A DNA stretch of 63,428 nucleotides, the filler included, from Anaerolineae bacterium (lineage in GTDB: Bacteria; Chloroflexota; Anaerolineae; B4-G1; DUEL01), in NCBI GenBank assembly GCA_041082215.1. It is 7 parts of 7 records of this genome, joined end to end, with 100 filler letters (N's around TTAATTAATTAA, not from the genome) between each part and the next. Parts side by side here need not be neighbours in the genome. Positions count along the whole stretch, not along the records: positions 58,354 to 61,732 come from JBDOIF010000060.1; positions 61,833 to 63,428 come from JBDOIF010000067.1; 5 more parts are not named here. One strand, 5' to 3'. The position numbers and the translations under genes were made by a program. Of the stretch, positions 58,254-63,428 are shown piece after piece. The notes below the pieces were generated by a model, which ran no database searches, was not told the DNA's origin, and worked only from the letters and a program-made list of their open reading frames with translations. Every line of letters starts with the position of its first letter. The stretch's first letter is position 1.

Positions 58254-58353
58254 NNNNNNNNNNNNNNNNNNNNNNNNNNNNNNNNNNNNNNNNNNNNTTA
58301 ATTAATTAANNNNNNNNNNNNNNNNNNNNNNNNNNNNNNNNNNNNNNNNNNNN
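58254..58353. other. Artificial contig linker
   Basis: N-run with TTAATTAATTAA. Confidence 0.99.
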
Positions 58354-58365
58354 CACCCGCTACGA

Positions 58366-58392
58366 CCAGAGGGGGGCAAAGCCCCCCTCTGG
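58366..58392. other. Perfect 12-bp GC-rich hairpin downstream of the NACHT-FGE gene (DGR-type cruciform candidate)
   Basis: CCAGAGGGGGGC-AAA-GCCCCCCTCTGG with no U-tract; CCAGAG repeats at 58402-58438. Confidence 0.6.
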
Positions 58393-58438
58393 ACTCCCCC
58401 CCCAGAGCCCCAGAGACCAGAGGGACCAGAGACCAGAG

Positions 58439-61435
58439 CTATACCGGGGCCGCCACCGGACGAAACCCCCGACTCCAGCCGAAGTTGTCGGGGACGCCCC
58501 AGCCGCGGTAGGCGCAGCGCACGTAGCGGCGATTGCTGTAGAAGGCGCCGCCGCGCACCGCGCGGGGGGCCACCCCCTCCAGGCCGTTATCTTCCCTCTC
58601 CAGGTAACCCCCGTAATCCCCTACCCACCTGGTGGCGCACCACTCCCATATGTTGCCGCTCAGGTCCAGGCAGCCACAGGGAGACTCCCCGCCGGGGAAG
58701 ATCCCCGCAGCGCAGGTGTTGCCGATCCCGGCGTCGTCGTAGTTGGCCAGCGCCGGGTCGGGGCTGTTCCCCCAGGGGTAGCGGCGGGCAGGATAGGGAT
58801 TGGCCTGCAGGGGCACTTCAAGCTGTGCCCCCAAAGGCCCGACGATAGGCGAGGTCGGGATGTGGAGACCGCCGCGGGCCGCCTTCTCCCATTCCGCCTC
58901 GGTAGGCAACCGGATCTGCCATCCCTCGGGCAGGGGCGCAGCGCGCTGCGCCCCTGCAGCCCCCTGTCGCAGCCGCCAGGTGAGCCAGCGGCACCAGGCC
59001 ACCGCCTCATACCAGGTGATCGCCACTGCGGGATGGTTGGGCAGGCCGAAAACGCCGCCCACCATTATAGGGCTGGTCCGACCCCTGTGCCATTCCCACC
59101 CCGCCTCCGTCCACCACCGCTTATCCCGATACCCCTCCGGGTCCTCCACAAAGGCCCGGAACTGGGCGTTGGTGACGGGATACCGGGCGATGAAATAGGG
59201 ATATGCGATGTCGTACTCGTGCTGGGGCATCTCGTCTTCATAGGCATCCGGGTCATCCCCCTTCCGGCTGCCCATCAGGAAGGGGCCGGGAGGTACCAGG
59301 CACCAGAGAATGTCCGGAACGCCCGCCTCCACCCCCACGCCAGGGCGGGGATCACCCCCGGCCGCTGGACCTTTGGGGGGTGGCGGCAGAAGGGCCAGGG
59401 CGCTGCCAGCGGCAGCCCGCTCCGGCGGCGGCAGATGGCCGCCGGAGATCAGTTCCACCAGCCACCGCCGCAGCCGTTCCGCCAGATACCGCTGCCGATC
59501 TGTCACCCGCAGGTGCTGCTCGGTCTCGATCATGGCCTGGGCTGCTCGGAGCGCGGCGTACCAGTCCGCATCTGCAGGCGTCTCCAGCGGGGGCCAATCG
59601 TGAGGGCAGAGGACGGCCAGCAACGTCCAGATGGTTGAGGTGGAGCCGGTCGCTGCTTTGGCCGCCGCCAGCAACGTCGCCTCCCGCCAGCGGGCGTCGT
59701 CCTCCCGCAGCCGCTCGGCAAGTAGGTAGGGATAATCCTCGTCGGCCAGGTAGCAGGCGGCCAGGTACTCCTGGAAGGTGCGATGGGGGAAGGTGTAGAT
59801 CCGCCCCTGCTCCCGCTCGATGAGCAGCCCGGCCCGGTCGATCAGGTAGCGGATAATCCGCTCTTCTCCCTGGGCTTTCCCCTTGTCCGTGGACGCCTCG
59901 TAGAGGGCCCCAGCCAGGTCGCAGGCACGGATGTCGTGGGTACCGGTCAGCGCGGGCTGTTTCCAATGGGCCTCGTAGGCCACCCGGTTCAGCGCGGCGC
60001 GGAGATTGTCCTGCGGGATACCCAGTTCGGTGAAGACGTCGTACTCCTCCCCCACCAGGTTGCCTTCCGCGTCGAAGACCTGCTTGGGCCGCTGCCACAG
60101 GTCTAGGAGGAGCCGCACGCTCTGCTCATACAGTTCCTGCCTCCGCTCCGGCAGGCTGCCTCCCTCCCGCCAGCGGTGGAGGGAGGCCATCAGGGTGAGG
60201 AGCAGAGGGTTGGGGGCCAGTTCGGCTATGCGGGGGTTGGTCTGGACGGTATGCGTCAGTTGGTCCGCATAGCGGGCAGCGCTGGTGGGTCCCAGGGAGG
60301 GGTCCTTCACCCCCACGTGCTCGTACCAGCGGCGGATGAAGCGCTCCACCTGCTCTGGGGTGAAGGGGGCGAGGCGGCGCACCTCAAAGCGGGCCAGATG
60401 GGCCTTAGGGTCCTGGTAGGCGTAGGGCCGGCTGGTGACTAGGATCCGGCAATGGGGGAAATCGCTGGCAAACTGCTTCACCGCCTCCTTGAGTCGGAGC
60501 CGGTACCGGTGGGCCTCGGGCACCTCGTCCACCCCGTCCAGGAGCAGGATGGCGCCGTTTTTCTGTTCCAAATGCTCCTGAATGACAGGCAGACAGTCGG
60601 AGAGCGGTCCGTCCCTCGTCTCCACGCGGGCCAGTTCCTCGCCGATGAAGTCCCACAATCCTTTCCCATCAGGCAGGCCACGGGCGGCGTAATCCCGCAG
60701 GACGACACGGATGGGAAGAAGGCGGCCCAGTTGCCACTCATCCCCTAATCGGTGGAGGTTGGCGTCCGGGCTGCCCAGCCACTCCCCTGCCAGGCAGAGG
60801 GTGACAAAGTTGACCAGAGTGGACTTGCCCGAGCCGGGGTCCCCCAGGAGGACCAGGTGGGGATAGCGGGAGAGGGCGGCCAGGACCGGAAGGCGGCGGT
60901 CGGCCTGTGCCATCTCGGGGCCGGGTTCGCCGCGCTTGCGTTCTCTCACCTCCTCCCATCCCGCATCATGGATATCCAGATCGGTGAAGACGGCCGCCAG
61001 GTCCAGTTGGGCCGCTTCCTCGCGGGTTGCCGCCTTGATGTCAATGGTGGTCATGGGGACGTGGGCGCACCGGTCCAGTTGTTCCCGCAGATAGCGGGCG
61101 CGGAGGGCGTCGGGATCGGGCCGCCTACGGGGCGGCGCTGGGGGCGGCAGGACCTCCTTCTGCCCCGGCCGAGTCTTTCCGGCACCCTGGTCTGCGCGTT
61201 GCTGGAATCGTGCAATCAAGAAGTCCAGCCCGATCAACAAGATCCCCATCCCCAATAAGGCGTAGGGAAGGGGCTTATCGAGCGCCTTGGGGACCAGCGC
61301 CACGACCAGGACGGCGAGGAGCATAACGAGGAGGCCAAAAACGAGGATAGGATGGTCCTGAAGGTATTGCAGTCCTCTGACGAAGACACCTTCGTAGGGG
61401 GCCTTCGGACGATTGGGGGGCGATTGAGCCGTCAT
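58439..61435 (-). CDS. 2TM - NACHT NTPase - FGE-sulfatase (SUMF1/CLec) protein, bacterial NLR-like
   Basis: Two N-terminal hydrophobic helices; GDPGSGKS, LLLDGVDE, VTSR, NPLLL and FPHRTFQEY (NACHT); PVTNAQF, RLPTEAEWEKAAR, GNIWEW and RGG...GFR (FGE). Confidence 0.92.
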   Translation of the reverse strand: MTAQSPPNRPKAPYEGVFVRGLQYLQDHPILVFGLLVMLLAVLVVALVPKALDKPLPYALLGMGILLIGLDFLIARFQQRADQGAGKTRPGQKEVLPPPAPPRRRPDPDALRARYLREQLDRCAHVPMTTIDIKAATREEAAQLDLAAVFTDLDIHDAGWEEVRERKRGEPGPEMAQADRRLPVLAALSRYPHLVLLGDPGSGKSTLVNFVTLCLAGEWLGSPDANLHRLGDEWQLGRLLPIRVVLRDYAARGLPDGKGLWDFIGEELARVETRDGPLSDCLPVIQEHLEQKNGAILLLDGVDEVPEAHRYRLRLKEAVKQFASDFPHCRILVTSRPYAYQDPKAHLARFEVRRLAPFTPEQVERFIRRWYEHVGVKDPSLGPTSAARYADQLTHTVQTNPRIAELAPNPLLLTLMASLHRWREGGSLPERRQELYEQSVRLLLDLWQRPKQVFDAEGNLVGEEYDVFTELGIPQDNLRAALNRVAYEAHWKQPALTGTHDIRACDLAGALYEASTDKGKAQGEERIIRYLIDRAGLLIEREQGRIYTFPHRTFQEYLAACYLADEDYPYLLAERLREDDARWREATLLAAAKAATGSTSTIWTLLAVLCPHDWPPLETPADADWYAALRAAQAMIETEQHLRVTDRQRYLAERLRRWLVELISGGHLPPPERAAAGSALALLPPPPKGPAAGGDPRPGVGVEAGVPDILWCLVPPGPFLMGSRKGDDPDAYEDEMPQHEYDIAYPYFIARYPVTNAQFRAFVEDPEGYRDKRWWTEAGWEWHRGRTSPIMVGGVFGLPNHPAVAITWYEAVAWCRWLTWRLRQGAAGAQRAAPLPEGWQIRLPTEAEWEKAARGGLHIPTSPIVGPLGAQLEVPLQANPYPARRYPWGNSPDPALANYDDAGIGNTCAAGIFPGGESPCGCLDLSGNIWEWCATRWVGDYGGYLEREDNGLEGVAPRAVRGGAFYSNRRYVRCAYRGWGVPDNFGWSRGFRPVAAPV

Positions 61436-61532
61436 AGCAACCACCTCGTTTTCTCGGACAGTGGACGACCCTAGCGATTCCTTCGGGCAACGCGTCATCC
61501 TATAGCGCGGGTGAGGGCTCGCGCTACAACCC

Positions 61533-61561
61533 AGTATATGGCAAACTCAGGTGGAAGTCAA
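61533..61561 (-). promoter_or_regulatory. Sigma70-type promoter for the NACHT gene
   Basis: TTGACT-17 nt-TATACT. Confidence 0.65.
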
Positions 61562-61570
61562 CGATCAGCG

Positions 61571-61732
61571 CTAGAACTCACCCGCCTCCCCCACCCGGAA
61601 CCGCTCGATGAGGAGAAATCCGGCGGCGCAGACCAGCATCAGCAGGGTGGACATCGCCAGCGCCTGCCCGTAGTTGGTCACCCCCGGCTGGCCCAGCAGC
61701 CGGTAGATGGCGACGGGCATGGTGGGGAACTG
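61571..61732 (-). CDS. ABC transporter permease C-terminus (ThiP/FbpB-like), 5'-partial
   Basis: Own translation: [53 protein letters not shown]. Confidence 0.8.
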   Translation of the reverse strand, partial: QFPTMPVAIYRLLGQPGVTNYGQALAMSTLLMLVCAAGFLLIERFRVGEAGEF

Positions 61733-61832
61733 NNNNNNNNNNNNNNNNNNNNNNNNNNNNNNNNNNNNNNNNNNNNTTAATTAATTAANNNNNNNNNNNN
61801 NNNNNNNNNNNNNNNNNNNNNNNNNNNNNNNN
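61733..61832. other. Artificial contig linker
   Basis: N-run with TTAATTAATTAA. Confidence 0.99.
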
Positions 61833-62253
61833 CCCGCCGTCCCAACTGCCTGTTCCAGCGCTCAATGGATTTGAGAACCCGCTGGAGACAGGCGATCATC
61901 TCATCCAGCGTGATGGCGCCTTCGCCAACGTCCAGCGTGAATTCTTCCGGCCCCTGCTCCGTATCCCGCTCCAGTTCCAGCGGTTGTCGTCCCAGCCGCC
62001 ACTCGCACATCGTGCGGACGAACTCATACGCTTCCTGGGCCAGCGGGCCCAGGCGGAGCGGCGGGGCCAGACGCCCGTCCCGCTCCGCCTTGTAGGTCCG
62101 GATGAGCCCTTTGACGGCCTCCATCGCGTCCCAGTCCGTCATCTCCGGGTGCTCCCGGTATGTGGCGACCAGGGCGAACTCTATGTTTTGCAGGACATCC
62201 ATGTGCTCATCTTCAACCCGGCCCATGCTCTCATACTCCAAATCAGAAGTCAT
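61833..62253 (-). CDS. Hypothetical protein, 3'-partial
   Basis: Host-like codon usage; DVLQNIE...MCEWRLGR...SIERW. Start codon uncertain. Confidence 0.65.
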
Positions 62254-62288
62254 GTAGAGCGAGATTTATCTTGCCCTGCAAGTTTTGC

Positions 62289-63426
62289 GGTAGCCCTACA
62301 GAACAGCGTGGAGTGGCTCCGGGGGAGGCGGGCTGAAAAGCAATAATTCTCTGACCGACCAGACGTGGTCGGTCAGGTCTGCCGCCATAGCCGGTGTGCC
62401 CTCCAGGGTGGTATGAACGGTGCAGAAGTTGTATACCACCCCACACCAGAACATCTCCCACTCCAGCCGCTCCACCGTCCGGGCCAGGTTCCGGGTCCGT
62501 CGGGCCAGGGAGGGAAGAAGCGCCCGAAAGGTGGCGTTCAGCCGCTCAACATAAGCCGTGTTGATTCGCCCCAACCAGGTTTGGGTGAGGGCAATCAATT
62601 CGTCCACTCGCTTCGGGCAACCGTGGACCAGGCGGCGCTTCACCTCCCGGAGTTTCCGTCCGGAATACTCCTTGACCACCTGCACAATGTGTAAATCCGG
62701 CCACGGAAGGTGCCGAGGGCGACCCGGCTTCCCGGTATACAACCTGATATAGAAATACTTCAAAATCGCCCTGGGGTAGGCTGAAAAGCCGTCTACCGCA
62801 AAGAGAACAGATTGAACAATTCCCCCAGCAGCGGCCCATACCTGAGCCACAACCCGCTCTATCAAGCGGCGGTCTCGCTGGAGGGCAATTTCTCCCCATA
62901 GAAACAGCCGGGAAAAGACGCTCATCGCTGTGGCCATCCAGACCCGGCCGCCCTGCATCTTGACATAAAGTTCATCGGCCTGAACCTGGCCCAGGGTCAC
63001 CCGGCCGTGGCAGACAACCCGCTCCTGGATTTTCTTCCCGTGGAGGCCGGCTTTGCGCAGCCAATCGGTCACGGTTCGGGCATCCAGGTAGAAAGCGGCG
63101 GTGATGGCCTGGATGGGGCAGCCGTGGGCCAGTAGGGTGAGCACGACCACGACCAGCCACAGGGGATACTTGAGACCAAACAGGGGGGTCCCCTGGGTCT
63201 CGGCGAACGTGCGGTGGCAGGTGTGGCAGATATAGCGCCGCTCGGGTCGGCTGTGGATTCCGATGCGTCGTCCCCCACATTGGGGGCAGGTCATCCATTC
63301 GGGCTTGAGAGGGGGTTCTTCCAAGAACTTCAGCCTCATCGGACACCCTCGGTGGCTCAATCTGGATGACCTGTGATACCATCTTTGAGCAAATTGAGCA
63401 ACTCCACGCTGTTTTGCAGTGCTACC
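62289..63426 (-). mobile_element. IS1-like insertion sequence
   Basis: About 31-bp imperfect inverted repeats starting GGTAGC and containing AACAGCGTGGAGT (4 mismatches). Confidence 0.8.
62296..63339 (-). CDS. IS1-family-like DDE transposase (single ORF)
   Basis: CPQC...CHTC zinc finger, HTH, QADE, VDGFSAY, NTAYVERLNATFR and TPAMAA motifs. Start codon uncertain. Confidence 0.82.
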   Translation of the reverse strand: MRLKFLEEPPLKPEWMTCPQCGGRRIGIHSRPERRYICHTCHRTFAETQGTPLFGLKYPLWLVVVVLTLLAHGCPIQAITAAFYLDARTVTDWLRKAGLHGKKIQERVVCHGRVTLGQVQADELYVKMQGGRVWMATAMSVFSRLFLWGEIALQRDRRLIERVVAQVWAAAGGIVQSVLFAVDGFSAYPRAILKYFYIRLYTGKPGRPRHLPWPDLHIVQVVKEYSGRKLREVKRRLVHGCPKRVDELIALTQTWLGRINTAYVERLNATFRALLPSLARRTRNLARTVERLEWEMFWCGVVYNFCTVHTTLEGTPAMAADLTDHVWSVRELLLFSPPPPEPLHAVL

Positions 63427-63428
63427 GC

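Noticed and set aside
58366..58392. Hairpin as an intrinsic terminator
   Set aside because: No poly-U tract on either strand; retained only as a DGR-cruciform candidate.
58354..58438. CCAGAG repeats and other short repeats as a CRISPR array
   Set aside because: The units are too short, there are no unique spacers and no cas genes are present.
22230..61832. Six repeated TTAATTAATTAA motifs flanked by N-runs
   Set aside because: These are artificial all-frame-stop contig linkers. Gene adjacency across them, such as RHS next to NACHT, is not biological evidence.
1..63428. tRNA, rRNA, selC, DGR template repeat or reverse transcriptase
   Set aside because: None recognised by eye in this window. 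Absence here says nothing about the rest of the genome.

Overview
GC-rich (roughly 65% by eye) bacterial DNA, most likely from a Chloroflexota/Anaerolineae-like anaerobe (inferred from gene content and IS types). It is not contiguous: seven contigs are joined by six artificial N-TTAATTAATTAA-N linkers, so synteny holds only within each contig. Contig 1 (1-22229) opens with a three-gene operon: an Fe-S cluster-binding protein, a hidden 104-codon ORF with two consecutive in-frame TGA codons (C-L-G-U-U) followed by a bacterial SECIS-like hairpin, and an AbrB-fused tungsten-cofactor-type radical SAM/SPASM enzyme. It continues with GH5 and GH13 enzymes, an acyl-CoA synthetase, tandem ATP- and PPi-type phosphofructokinases, a YbaK-nucleotidyltransferase fusion and an intein-containing dnaE. 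Contig 2 holds two different ISKra4 elements 9 bp apart. Contig 3 carries a His-less sensor kinase and hsp20-dnaK. Contig 4 has a PIN toxin-antitoxin pair, an IS4-like element, an acetoin dehydrogenase cluster with a LipB-LipA fusion, cinA and argF. Contig 5 is an RHS polymorphic-toxin array with HExxH C-termini, lipoprotein immunity candidates and REP-like palindromes inside the coding sequence. Contig 6 encodes a 2TM-NACHT-FGE-sulfatase protein whose 3' end resembles a diversity-generating-retroelement (DGR) target. Contig 7 holds an IS1-like element. The strongest novelty candidates are the tandem-selenocysteine protein with its operon, the putative DGR-diversified NLR-like protein, REP remodelling of the RHS genes and the YbaK-MNT fusion. 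Family assignments come from motif recognition, not from database searches.
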